DNA of 64,000 bases from an uncultured Candidatus Saccharibacteria bacterium (GCA_964621595.1 CAZUPO010000001.1:78758-142757), one strand, 5' to 3'; counted from the stretch's first letter, positions 10,568-20,612 are shown. Translations and numbers: made by a program. The notes: generated by a model not told the origin, from the sequence alone.

Positions 10568-10843
10568 AGTCTCTGTAGTATACCCTTCTCGTACAAAAAA
10601 ATCGCGTGGATATTCTTCCTTTGCAAAATTACACAAAAATGGTATAGTAGGAAGACTTATTTTTAAATAAGTGGCATTATTTTGCTAAAAATAATGCCAA
10701 CTAGACAGAAAATAAACAAGGCCCTTGGTTCATATGGCATGAGGCCTTGCCGAAGAAAAAGCATATGCCGACGGTTTTGCAAAACTGGCGCGATACAGAT
10801 AAAATTTAGTGCAAAAGTTTTTGTTAGACATAAAAATAAATAC

Positions 10844-10916
10844 GGGCCCTTAGCTCATATGGTAGAGCGCCGGTTTTGCACTCCGGAGGTGAGGAGTTCG
10901 ATTCTCCTAGGGTCCA
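10844..10916 (+). tRNA. tRNA-Ala(TGC)
   Basis: GGGCCCT...AGGGTCCA acceptor with G3.U70, TAGCTCA D-arm, TGC anticodon, GTTCGATTC T-loop. Confidence 0.95.
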
Positions 10917-11083
10917 CAAATGAAAAGTACTCCCTGTTTCAACAGTGGAGTGTTTTTCATTTGCTGGAACTGTATAGCACATGAACCGCTTCATGTGCGG
11001 GAGAATCGAATACGGGGTCGCGAGACTTTATCGAGGAGTTTGCGACGAGAAGTCCTGTGACCGATTCTCCTAGGGTCCACAAA
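10899..11083 (+). repeat. tRNA-linked structured element, copy 1 (tRNA-Ala 3' end duplicated)
   Basis: 22-bp direct repeat CGATTCTCCTAGGGTCCACAAA at 10899 and 11062; core homologous to 36300-36388. Confidence 0.85.
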
Positions 11084-11149
11084 ATAACGAGTGTACTCAC
11101 GACTATATTTTGTGAGAATCCTGAGAATGTAATCATTCGAAGGAGTCCA

Positions 11150-11194
11150 CAAAATTAAAATAACTTAAGAAGAAATTAAGTTATTTTAATTTTG
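11150..11194. terminator. AT-rich long hairpin, probable bidirectional terminator
   Basis: CAAAATTAAAATAACTTAA / TTAAGTTATTTTAATTTTG 19-bp inverted repeat. Confidence 0.6.
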
Positions 11195-11342
11195 GTCAGT
11201 ATGTGCAACGTATAAATTGCTTTGTGTGCGAGGAAAATAAAATATACATCTCCACTCAATGGCCTCAGAGTCGAATGAGGCAGCACATAAAAACAGAAAA
11301 CCGCCCACCGAGGAGCCAATGACGGCTTCTGGTAAAGCGGTG

Positions 11343-11663
11343 TTACTCGCCGCGCGGTGCGCGGCGCAGATCAAGCGCGTTGATAGCGTCTAGAGCACGC
11401 CAGAAATGGTCTCTCTGCCATTTGTAGATCGCCATGATGGCGAGTTCCACCGTGACGAGACCGCAAGAAATTCCGAAGGAAGCCAAGACTTCGAGCGCCC
11501 AGTGGTGATTTCCAGCCATCAGGATGCATGCGGATCCGTAGAAGATGAGACCAGAGACCCCACTCAATATTAACAGCACCGATACCGGTAACAACATGAT
11601 GCTGTTGCCGTCCGCCTGGTCCGCCTTCTCTTGTGCGGTGGCATTTTTACTGACTTTCTTCAT
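11343..11663 (-). CDS. Orphan small membrane protein (GC-rich)
   Basis: 106 aa, two hydrophobic segments, GAGG SD, own promoter and downstream hairpin. Confidence 0.7.
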   Translation of the reverse strand: MKKVSKNATAQEKADQADGNSIMLLPVSVLLILSGVSGLIFYGSACILMAGNHHWALEVLASFGISCGLVTVELAIMAIYKWQRDHFWRALDAINALDLRRAPRGE

Positions 11664-11764
11664 TTATTCTACCTCTATTTCAAGAACGAGTTTAAAGGGA
11701 ACTCACCCTCTTATTCGGCGTATACCGCCGAACGTCCTGTTCATCCGAACAGAAAACTCTTACT

Positions 11765-11794
11765 ATTATACACCATAATTAGTATATTTGTCAA
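11765..11794 (-). promoter_or_regulatory. Consensus sigma70 promoter for the 11663 orphan
   Basis: TTGACA-18 nt-TATAAT on the minus strand. Confidence 0.75.
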
Positions 11795-11852
11795 GTACTT
11801 AAAACCATACACAACACAATTTTTAAACCACTTCTTTGCTATACTGTTGTAT

Positions 11853-12380
11853 ATGAAAATAGTTGTTGCTTCAAAAAATCCAGTAAAAATAAATGCTGCG
11901 CGGGAAGGTTTCAAGAAAATGTTTCCGGAAGTAGATTTTGAGGTAGAAGGTATCTCTGTCCCCTCTAATGTCAGTGATCAACCGCGAAGTGATTCGGAAA
12001 CATTTACTGGTGCCCTAAATAGAGTAGACAACGCCTCGAATGAAATTACTACTGCAGACTTTTGGATTGGGATAGAGGGTGGAATAGAGGAAAAACAATC
12101 GGAAATGGAGGCTTTTGCTTGGGTAGTTATAAAATCAAATAGTGGCACATATGGAAAAGGAAGAACTGGAACGTTCTTCTTACCTAAAAAAGTTAGTGAT
12201 CTCATCAAACAGGGTAAGGAACTTGGAGAGGCGGATGACATCGTCTTTGGAAGAACTAACTCAAAACAAGCAAACGGTGCGGTCGGTATTTTAACAAATG
12301 ATGTACTCAATAGAACCTCCTACTACATAGAGGCTGTAGTGCTGGCATGTATTCCATTCAAAAATAAAGACTTGTACTAA
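11853..12380 (+). CDS. yjjX: Inosine/xanthosine triphosphatase
   Basis: MKIVVASKNPVK, SDQP, GALNR, GIEGG, ELG..D, GAVGILT motifs. Confidence 0.92.
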   Translation: MKIVVASKNPVKINAAREGFKKMFPEVDFEVEGISVPSNVSDQPRSDSETFTGALNRVDNASNEITTADFWIGIEGGIEEKQSEMEAFAWVVIKSNSGTYGKGRTGTFFLPKKVSDLIKQGKELGEADDIVFGRTNSKQANGAVGILTNDVLNRTSYYIEAVVLACIPFKNKDLY

Positions 12381-12451
12381 CTAAGGACTTACTGGGTTGT
12401 ATATCTCTTCTTTGAATCAGTAAAATATCAATTTCTCCCTGCAAAATACTC

Positions 12452-12525
12452 TGGTCAGGCTGCCGAGACTCGAACCCGGGTCGCATCCACCCCATGGATG
12501 TATATTACCCCTATACTACAGCCTG
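12452..12525 (-). tRNA. tRNA-Pro(GGG)
   Basis: Reverse complement folds as a cloverleaf; CATCC-ATGGGGT-GGATG anticodon arm; CCA encoded. Confidence 0.93.
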
Positions 12526-12676
12526 TAATTGTTGTAAGTATGCAGTCTAGCACGCATTAAAAATCTTCCACAAATAGACTCTTTCGATTTCGCTCGAAAA
12601 GCGCCGTCACGTCATCTAAAAATATCTGAGTTATCCCTACCGGGGAAGTAGTCAAAAACGTTATACTAAAAGGGTA

Positions 12677-13948
12677 ATGTCCGTTAACAAGGTACTCATG
12701 TTTGGGTGGGAGTATCCGCCACATCACAGTGGTGGTTTAGGTGTTGCTTGTCAGGGTCTTGTACATGCACTTTTGGATAATGAAGTGCATGTATGTTTTG
12801 TTCTTCCGAACTCTGTCCCACTCAATGAGAAACGTGTCACCATTCGCTTCGCTGACAGACCAATCCTTGTTGGAAAAAAATCTGCTATATTACGCATCCT
12901 TGCACGAGAACTACAAAACCCCTACCTCTCCTCTGTTGAATACGAAAAAAAGTTGTCAGAATTTATTAAAAAGGGAGGAAAAATAATTCCTCGAAGTCTT
13001 TTTGATCAAGTAGATCATTATGCACACATGGTTGATGAATTATTTGATGAAGAAGGTCTGGATGATGTAGATATAATACACGCGCACGATTGGTTGTGCT
13101 TCCCAGCAGGACTCCGAGCAAAAAAACTTACAGGGAAGCCACTCGTCGTACATGTTCATGCAACAGAGTTTGACCGCTCAGGTGGGAATTCTGTGAATCA
13201 GCGTGTATACGACCTAGAGCGCTATGCAATGCATAACGCGGATCATGTAATTGCGGTGAGTGAACTCACGAGAAAAATCATCATCGATCGTTACGGTGTA
13301 GATCCAGCAAAAGTATCTGTCGTTCACAATGGAAACACTATGATGCCGAAGTCACCGAACTTTCGTTTTAAATATCTTTTTGATTACCGTAAACAAAATA
13401 AAAAAATCGTACTCTACGCCGGACGTATCACAATCCAAAAAGGTGTTGATTACTTCGTACAAGCAGCGAAGAGAGTTCTCGAGTACGAAAAGGACGTGAT
13501 GTTCGTAGTTGCAGGATCAGGAGACATGGAAGGGCAAATCAAACATGCGGTCCACTGGATGGGCATAGCAGATAAATTTGTCTTCACAGGATATTACAAA
13601 ATGGAAGAACAACAGGACCTGTTCTCGTGTGCTGACGTGGTAGTCATGCCATCTGTATCAGAACCATTCGGTATCATTCCACTCGAATCTATGAGCACCG
13701 GGACTCCTGTTATCGTCTCTAAGCAATCCGGGGTATCCGAAGTTATCTCGCACGCGCTCAAGGTTGACTTCTGGGACACAGATGAAATTGCAAATAAAAT
13801 AATCGCCGTACTGCGGCACCCACCGCTAAAAGAAACGCTAAGTCACGAAGGAAAGAAACAATCGAAAGAAATTACCTGGGACAAAGCAGCGAAGAAAACG
13901 AAGAAAGTTTACTCGAGTGTTACAAGTAAATCTAAAACTAAAAAATAA
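12677..13948 (+). CDS. Glycosyltransferase family 4 (glycogen synthase-like)
   Basis: GWEYPP..SGGLG, IHAHDW, HVHATE, PSVSEPFG motifs. Confidence 0.9.
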   Translation: MSVNKVLMFGWEYPPHHSGGLGVACQGLVHALLDNEVHVCFVLPNSVPLNEKRVTIRFADRPILVGKKSAILRILARELQNPYLSSVEYEKKLSEFIKKGGKIIPRSLFDQVDHYAHMVDELFDEEGLDDVDIIHAHDWLCFPAGLRAKKLTGKPLVVHVHATEFDRSGGNSVNQRVYDLERYAMHNADHVIAVSELTRKIIIDRYGVDPAKVSVVHNGNTMMPKSPNFRFKYLFDYRKQNKKIVLYAGRITIQKGVDYFVQAAKRVLEYEKDVMFVVAGSGDMEGQIKHAVHWMGIADKFVFTGYYKMEEQQDLFSCADVVVMPSVSEPFGIIPLESMSTGTPVIVSKQSGVSEVISHALKVDFWDTDEIANKIIAVLRHPPLKETLSHEGKKQSKEITWDKAAKKTKKVYSSVTSKSKTKK

Positions 13949-13959
13949 AAACAAACACC

Positions 13960-15156
13960 ATGCCAACAATTGCTCTCTACCTCAAAACCCATCAGCCATT
14001 TCGTATCAAACGCTACCGAGCGTTCGATGTTGGGCATGATCATGAATATTTTAATGACAAAAGTGAAGCAAACACAAATAACGTCAAGATTCTTAAAAAA
14101 ATATGTGAGAAGTCCTATAAACCAACAAACAAACTTCTTCTTGAACTACTCAAAAAGCATCCAGGGTTTCGTTTTAGTATTTCACTCTCTGGAACACTTC
14201 TTGAGCAACTTGAGGAACATGCCCCTGCCACCCTTGAAACATTTAAAAAATTAGTGGCGACTGGTCGTGTAGAAGTGCTTGGAGAGACCTACTATCACTC
14301 GCTTGCATTTTATTATTCTCTTTCAGAATTCGAGGCGCAAGTGAAGATGCAAAACAAAATTATTAAGCGCATCTTTGGAGTTACCCCAAAAGTGTTTTCT
14401 AACACAGAACTCGCATATCGCAACGACCTGGCACAGTGGGCAGAAAAAACTGGTTATAAAGGTATCATCGCGGAGGGCTGGGATCCCATACTTGGCTGGA
14501 GAACATCGAATTTCGTCTATGAACCATCAGGTACGAAAAAGATAAAACTACTTTTGAAGAACTACCGCCTTTCTGATGATATTGCATTTCGATTTGGAGA
14601 TAAAAACTGGAGTGAGTGGCCCCTCACCGCAGACAAGTTTGGTCAATGGGTTTCGGCGGTAAATGGAAATGGCGAAACCATAAACCTCTTCATGGACTAC
14701 GAGACGTTTGGTGAACACCAGTGGGAAAGTACGGGTATCTTCGAATTCCTCCGTCACATGCCTGGAGAAATTTTTAAAAACAAGGACAACGGTTTCCTCA
14801 CCCTTTCTGAGACATGTGCGAAGTACAAAGCACGCGATGTGGTGGACATGCCACATATCGTTACCTGGGCAGATACCGAACGCGACCTCTCTGCATGGAC
14901 TGGGAATACCATGCAGCAATCGTCTCTTGCAGAACTCTATCGTATTGAAAAAGCGGTTCTTGCTACCAAGGATGAAAAAATTATTGATGACTGGAGAAAA
15001 CTTCAGACTTCTGACCACGTATATTACATGTGTACAAAATGGTTTGCAGATGGTGATGTCCATAAATACTTCTCCCCGTACGAATCTCCATATGAAGCAT
15101 TTATCGCCTTCACGAACGCTCTAACAGACTTAAAACTTAGAGCAAAAATTCTCTAG
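13960..15156 (+). CDS. Glycoside hydrolase family 57 alpha-amylase
   Basis: HQP, ETYYHSL, NTEL, MDYETFGEHQW, LQTSDH motifs. Confidence 0.93.
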   Translation: MPTIALYLKTHQPFRIKRYRAFDVGHDHEYFNDKSEANTNNVKILKKICEKSYKPTNKLLLELLKKHPGFRFSISLSGTLLEQLEEHAPATLETFKKLVATGRVEVLGETYYHSLAFYYSLSEFEAQVKMQNKIIKRIFGVTPKVFSNTELAYRNDLAQWAEKTGYKGIIAEGWDPILGWRTSNFVYEPSGTKKIKLLLKNYRLSDDIAFRFGDKNWSEWPLTADKFGQWVSAVNGNGETINLFMDYETFGEHQWESTGIFEFLRHMPGEIFKNKDNGFLTLSETCAKYKARDVVDMPHIVTWADTERDLSAWTGNTMQQSSLAELYRIEKAVLATKDEKIIDDWRKLQTSDHVYYMCTKWFADGDVHKYFSPYESPYEAFIAFTNALTDLKLRAKIL

Positions 15157-15160
15157 AACT

Positions 15161-17125
15161 ATGGCAAAATCACTCGTACTCGCAAATGGTAACATTTTCG
15201 TAGGACTCAATGAGAGTGGTTTTGTGAGTGACTTTTTCTACCCGTATGTTGGAGTAGAGAATCATGTTCGCGGATCTGCACATAAAATTGGCGTATGGAT
15301 CAATACCTACTTATCCTGGCTAGACAGCGGTGAGTGGTCCATCTCTGCCGATCTAGAAGAGAACACGTTTGTTGGTGTAGTGCGTTACTATCACGCGAAA
15401 GAAAATCTAGAACTTATCTTTAAAAACATCGTCACCAACGACAAGAATATTTTCATGCGAACCGTGGAAGTTATTAACCACAGCACTGACACGAAACACA
15501 TTCGACTATTCTTTCATCAAGTTTTTTGTATTTACGGAACATCGCAAGAAGATACAGCGTACTACGATCCAGGCACTCATTCGATTATTCACTACGAAGG
15601 TCGCAGAGTGTTTTTTGTCTATGCAGAGTCGAGTGACGTTCCATTTGATGATTACAGTGTCGGACTCTATGGAATAGAGGGTCGCGAGGGAGTTTATAAA
15701 GATGCAGAAGATGGTCGATTAGAAAAAAATCCAATCGAGCACGGCCGTATAGATTCTGTACTATCCCTTCCACTTGTTGTTCATTCCGGAGAAAATAAAA
15801 CAGCGAATTATTGGATTACTGTTGCAGAAACGAAAGCCGAAGCCTTTGAACTTCATACTCACCTACTCTACAAAACACCGAAGCATATTTTTGAGACAAC
15901 AGCGAAATACTGGAAAGCATGGTTACTCAAACATGATCATAGCGTCGGGCAGCATATCAGTAAAGAGGCACTTGCTCTCTATAAAAAATCTATTCTCTAC
16001 ATGCGCGCAAATATAGATAATCGCGGAGCAGTTCTCGCCTCTGGCGACTCAGATATGCTCCAACGTGGTCGAGATACCTATAGTTACATGTGGCCGCGTG
16101 ATGGTGCTATGACTGTACGCACCCTTCTTGCAATAGGTGAAGAAAATAGCGCGAAAAGATTCTTCAAATTCTGTAGCGATGTTCTGGAACCAGATGGATA
16201 CCTAATGCACAAATATAGAGCGGATAAATCTATTGGTAGTTCTTGGCATGCATTTATTCATGACGGAAAAGCAATACTTCCGATACAAGAAGATGAGACT
16301 GCGCTTGTCCTTGTATCTCTTTGGGACTACTATGTAACTACCAAAGATATAGAATTTATAGATTTACACTACTACGGATTTATAAAAAAGATGGCGCTGT
16401 TCTTAGCTGAGTTTATTGACAAAGATACAGGTCTTCCGCTCCCCTCGTATGATCTCTGGGAGGAAAAACATGGTGTATCGACATTTACCGCATCCACGGT
16501 CTACGCGGGACTTATTGCTGGATCAAATTTTGCAGAACTCTTTGAAAAAAATAATACCAAGGAAATGCTACGAAGTACTGCTGAACGCATGCGACTAGCG
16601 ATCATTGAACATCTTTATGACGACAGTAAGGGTACATTTATAAAACAAATCTCGTATCGTAATAATGAGGTGGTACATGACACCATTGTTGATAGTTCGA
16701 GTGTTTACGGTATCATCACCTACGGCGTGTTACCTGTGACCGATAAAAAAGTTATTGCTTCTATACAAACACTACGGGAGAGACTACAGATACACGATGG
16801 TATAGGTGGAGTCCCACGGTACGAACGCGACCAATACTACCGACAAGTTGATACGCCAAACCCATGGTATATAACAACACTCTGGCTTGCACAATACTAC
16901 ATACGGAAAGCAGAAAATGGTGACGATTTGGGAGAAGCGTTACGCTGGATTAACTGGACGGTTGAGCACTCACCTCATTCTGGTGTACTTTCTGAACAAC
17001 TTCATCCATTTACCGGTGAACAACTCTCCGCGACACCGCTTACCTGGAGTCATGCTGAGTACGTCTATACCGTACAACTTTACCACCAAAAGTTAAAAGA
17101 TCTTGGGCTGTGTGCGCCACATTAA
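15161..17125 (+). CDS. Glycoside hydrolase family 15 glucoamylase-like
   Basis: YSYMWPRDG, QEDETA, DLWEE, LSEQ..P, PLTWSHA motifs. Confidence 0.92.
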   Translation: MAKSLVLANGNIFVGLNESGFVSDFFYPYVGVENHVRGSAHKIGVWINTYLSWLDSGEWSISADLEENTFVGVVRYYHAKENLELIFKNIVTNDKNIFMRTVEVINHSTDTKHIRLFFHQVFCIYGTSQEDTAYYDPGTHSIIHYEGRRVFFVYAESSDVPFDDYSVGLYGIEGREGVYKDAEDGRLEKNPIEHGRIDSVLSLPLVVHSGENKTANYWITVAETKAEAFELHTHLLYKTPKHIFETTAKYWKAWLLKHDHSVGQHISKEALALYKKSILYMRANIDNRGAVLASGDSDMLQRGRDTYSYMWPRDGAMTVRTLLAIGEENSAKRFFKFCSDVLEPDGYLMHKYRADKSIGSSWHAFIHDGKAILPIQEDETALVLVSLWDYYVTTKDIEFIDLHYYGFIKKMALFLAEFIDKDTGLPLPSYDLWEEKHGVSTFTASTVYAGLIAGSNFAELFEKNNTKEMLRSTAERMRLAIIEHLYDDSKGTFIKQISYRNNEVVHDTIVDSSSVYGIITYGVLPVTDKKVIASIQTLRERLQIHDGIGGVPRYERDQYYRQVDTPNPWYITTLWLAQYYIRKAENGDDLGEALRWINWTVEHSPHSGVLSEQLHPFTGEQLSATPLTWSHAEYVYTVQLYHQKLKDLGLCAPH

Positions 17126-17167
17126 AAAAATACGATATACTTACAAGATCTAACTAATTGAAATAAC

Positions 17168-18130
17168 ATGGACGATATTTTATACCCCCTACACTCTTTT
17201 AAAGAACAATTCAGTTTTGACCCAGTTGTAGTTAATAAGGAAAACTTGGCGAAAAAGAATCATATTGTCATATGTGGGATGGGTGGGTCAATTATCTGTG
17301 GAAACTTACTAAAACTCCTCTACCCAGATCTACCCGTAACACTTCATAATGACTACGATTTGCCTCTACATATTGATAAAGAGAATACCTTGATTGTTAT
17401 CAATTCATATTCTGGTAACACAGAAGAAATGTTGAGCGCTTTTGATGCAAGTGTGGCGCAAGGATATTCTATGGCAACTCTCTCAAGAGGAGGAGATCTC
17501 ATCGCTCGTTCTGTAACCAATAATACGCCCCACATTGTTCTACCTAGTATCGGTGTTGAGGCTCGTTTTGCAATTGGACACCAACTCCTTGGGCTTCTCT
17601 ACTTGATGGGAGAGGAGTCTCGAATCCCCGAATTGCGGGAACATATTAGTGCGGTTGATATTACAAACGCAGAACGAGACGGCAAAGAACTTTCGGTGGC
17701 GCTTGCAAATAAGTATCCTATTATCTATGCATCGAAGCACCTCTACCCTATTGCGTATCTCATTAAAGCCGCAGTGAACGAGGGAGCGAAGTTACCTTGC
17801 TTTGTAAATATAATCCCTGAAGCAAATCATAATGAGATACAAGGCTTTGTTTCAACAATAAAAGATCGTGAGGTAGGAAACTTTACTTTTCTATTTATCA
17901 CATCACCTAAAGATCATCCACGTGTTGCAAGAAGATTTGCTGTCATGACAGCTTTATATCATGAGGAAGGATTTGGAATAGCAGGTCTCTCTAACGATCA
18001 TACCAATCACACGAAAGTATTTGAACTCATCCTCACAGGATACTTTGCGGCGACCTTCTTGGCAATCGCTCGCAATGTCGACACGTATAAAACTCCGTTT
18101 ATAGTGAAATTCAAAGACAGAATCCTCTAG
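17168..18130 (+). CDS. Bifunctional phosphoglucose/phosphomannose isomerase (SIS)
   Basis: CGMGGS, SYSGNTEE, NEGAK, PEANHNE motifs. Confidence 0.9.
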   Translation: MDDILYPLHSFKEQFSFDPVVVNKENLAKKNHIVICGMGGSIICGNLLKLLYPDLPVTLHNDYDLPLHIDKENTLIVINSYSGNTEEMLSAFDASVAQGYSMATLSRGGDLIARSVTNNTPHIVLPSIGVEARFAIGHQLLGLLYLMGEESRIPELREHISAVDITNAERDGKELSVALANKYPIIYASKHLYPIAYLIKAAVNEGAKLPCFVNIIPEANHNEIQGFVSTIKDREVGNFTFLFITSPKDHPRVARRFAVMTALYHEEGFGIAGLSNDHTNHTKVFELILTGYFAATFLAIARNVDTYKTPFIVKFKDRIL

Positions 18131-18136
18131 AAATCT

Positions 18137-18943
18137 ATGCTCAATCTTGTTATTGATATTGGTGGGACAAATACACGCGTCGCAAAAACTACTGATAACC
18201 AATCTTTTGGGGAGCCGATTATCTTTAATACCCCGCAAGGGTTTGAACTATGGCTTGCGGTTCTCAAAGAGCATGTTCGAACACTGGTCCAAGATGAACC
18301 GATTAAACAAATTATTGCTGGAATCCCTGGCACACTTTCAGATGACAAGGGAACCATTGCACATAACCCTCATCTTAAACCATGGGAAGGAATACATGTA
18401 CGAGATATTCTTTCAAAATCTTTTTCTTGTGAAGTACATTTAGAAAATGACGCCGCTCTCGTTGGACTTGGGGAAGCAGTTTTTGGTAGTGGCAAAGGTT
18501 ATTCGATTGTTGCATACATAACAATCAGTACCGGGGTTGGTGGTGTTCGAATTACCGATGGCCACATAGACAAAAGTGCGCACGGGTTTGAAATTGGTCA
18601 TGAAATAGTAAACGATGGCAAAGAACTCGAATACTACCTTGCCGGAAGTTCGCATGAGAAACGTTTTGGAATGCCATCGAAAGATATCAAGGATCCTCTC
18701 TTCTGGAAAGAGGTAAACTACTACACCGGGGTACTTGCAGCCAATATAACGATGAGTTGGTCGCCCCATGCTATTGTCTTTGGAGGACCTGTAATGAACG
18801 ACATTAATCTAGAAGAAGCGACCGAGCACGCGAAGAAACTCCTCACTATGTATGATGAACTCCCTGTCTTTATAAGGAGTTCTCTAAAAAATGTTGGAGG
18901 TCTCTACGGTGGTCTTGCGTATCTTCAAACAATAGAAAAATAA
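18137..18943 (+). CDS. ROK family sugar kinase (glucokinase-like)
   Basis: DIGGTN, ENDA, ISTGVGG, EIGH motifs. Confidence 0.9.
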   Translation: MLNLVIDIGGTNTRVAKTTDNQSFGEPIIFNTPQGFELWLAVLKEHVRTLVQDEPIKQIIAGIPGTLSDDKGTIAHNPHLKPWEGIHVRDILSKSFSCEVHLENDAALVGLGEAVFGSGKGYSIVAYITISTGVGGVRITDGHIDKSAHGFEIGHEIVNDGKELEYYLAGSSHEKRFGMPSKDIKDPLFWKEVNYYTGVLAANITMSWSPHAIVFGGPVMNDINLEEATEHAKKLLTMYDELPVFIRSSLKNVGGLYGGLAYLQTIEK

Positions 18944-18944
18944 T

Positions 18945-20612
18945 CTACTTAGAGTCTACGTGACTCCAGGAGTATTCTTTATCCGCAAACACTTTCTTCT
19001 TGGGATTAAGTACGTGAAGTGGGTCAAAAATGTTTTTTGTTGCTTCAAATAATGCAATAATTTCTGGTGAAAACATTTTTGCTAAATACGGTGTACGAAG
19101 CAGACCATCATTGTGTTCACCTGACATAGATCCTTTGTATTGGAATACAAGATCGTATACTTCATCCATCAACTGGTGTAACACCTCAATGATTCCCTCT
19201 TTGTGAATATCAATGAGAGGAATAATGTGGAAGTTCCCATTACCCATGTGTCCGGCGACAGTATAAATAAGATCTTTGTAAACATCCTTTTTGAATATCT
19301 CATCTAGTTTTGGTAGAAATTCTGGTAGATCATTTGGATGAACAACAATGTCATCTATTGTTGGAGCAGTTCTATACCCGTGCATTCGTGAACGAAGAAG
19401 TGCAAAACTTTCTCGTCGAAAAGTCCAATATTTTTTAGCGTCGGATTCTTTTTTGGTTCGTTTAATTGGGAGACCAAATGTTTTCATTCCCTCATATGCG
19501 AGTTCTGCTTGCTTCTCAACCTCTTCTTCTGAATCGCCCGTAAATTCTGCCATAAGAATGATCTTTGGAACACCCCCTGTAAGCACCATCATGAATTCTG
19601 GTAAAAATTGTAGTCCGAGTGTTATCATGTTGCCCCCCATACGTAGTGCTATATCTTTGAAGAATTTCATCGCAATCTTAAAGGTATGATCATCATAGGA
19701 CTCGAGAGATTCTGGCTTATGCTCAAGCATTTTGACAACTATTTCCCCAAGGTGTACGGTTGAGGGCACGAACATGACAAGCATGCGTGAGTGTGTCTTT
19801 GGTCGTACACCAGTGAACGTAACTGAGGATACAGCGGCAAGTGTCCCCTGACTACCAACTACCACTTTTGAAAGATCAAATACTCCTGTTTCTTTGTTAT
19901 AGATATTCCACAGGTAGTACCCGGAAGAATTTTTAGACACCGTAGGCTTAGCAGCCATGATTTCATCATAGTGACTTGTGATGAGGTCATACATTTCCTT
20001 GTGTATACGACCACCTTCACTTTTTTCATTCATTTTTATCTCTAACTCTTCTTTATTGAAAGGACGAAGCAAATCCCTCTCTCCATTGGCATACACAACA
20101 TCGAGGGTCTGCACATAATTTTCCGTTTTACCATAGGTGAGAGTTTTTTCACCGCCAGAGTTATTGGAAACAATACCGCCTATCGCCGCGAGTTCTCGTG
20201 ATGCTGGGTAACTCGGCATGAGCCAACCTTTTTCTAATGTTCGTTTTTCAAAATCTCGGTAATAGACTCCAGGTTCTGCAGTTGCTGAAAGTTCCGTCAC
20301 ATTCGAAACATGGTTCATGAATTTTGAGGTATCAACCACAATGGACGGATTAAGTGGACCACCTGTCATACACGTACCTGCCGCACGAAACGAAACAGAA
20401 ATATCATACCCTTGTTTACGTCCATCTGATACGTACTCAAGAAGTTTTGAGATATCTTTATAGTCTTTTGGATAGACGACAAGTTCTGGCTTGACATAAA
20501 ACAAACTAGTATCTCGTGCAACTTTCTCTCTATCTTCATCTCCAATCGAAACTTCGCCCTGGATAAAGGTCCTTAACGTGTTATAAACATTTTTATAATC
20601 TACTGGATTCAT
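18945..20612 (-). CDS. FAD-binding oxidoreductase (D-lactate dehydrogenase/GlcD-like)
   Basis: FAD_binding_4 N-terminus, GSQGTL, GHMGNGNFH, SGEHNDG, LNPKK motifs. Confidence 0.85.
   Translation of the reverse strand: MNPVDYKNVYNTLRTFIQGEVSIGDEDREKVARDTSLFYVKPELVVYPKDYKDISKLLEYVSDGRKQGYDISVSFRAAGTCMTGGPLNPSIVVDTSKFMNHVSNVTELSATAEPGVYYRDFEKRTLEKGWLMPSYPASRELAAIGGIVSNNSGGEKTLTYGKTENYVQTLDVVYANGERDLLRPFNKEELEIKMNEKSEGGRIHKEMYDLITSHYDEIMAAKPTVSKNSSGYYLWNIYNKETGVFDLSKVVVGSQGTLAAVSSVTFTGVRPKTHSRMLVMFVPSTVHLGEIVVKMLEHKPESLESYDDHTFKIAMKFFKDIALRMGGNMITLGLQFLPEFMMVLTGGVPKIILMAEFTGDSEEEVEKQAELAYEGMKTFGLPIKRTKKESDAKKYWTFRRESFALLRSRMHGYRTAPTIDDIVVHPNDLPEFLPKLDEIFKKDVYKDLIYTVAGHMGNGNFHIIPLIDIHKEGIIEVLHQLMDEVYDLVFQYKGSMSGEHNDGLLRTPYLAKMFSPEIIALFEATKNIFDPLHVLNPKKKVFADKEYSWSHVDSK

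Noticed and set aside
10682-10984. ORFs overlapping tRNAs (also 36230-36541, 36319-36516, 45649-45978, 47710-48168)
   Set aside because: They run through clear tRNA genes and show no protein motifs
10899-11083. Prophage/ICE attL-attR at tRNA-Ala or tRNA-Gln
   Set aside because: The repeats enclose only ~140 bp of non-coding structured DNA and there is no integrase in the window; reported instead as a tRNA-linked element
10917-11194. CRISPR array
   Set aside because: Only 2-3 unequal units, the repeat is a tRNA end, and no cas genes are present
11631-11852. N-terminal extensions given by the ORF track for yjjX, serS, ftsE, rpsP, rarA and khpA
   Set aside because: Family homology begins at a downstream ATG, in most cases just after an extended -10 element
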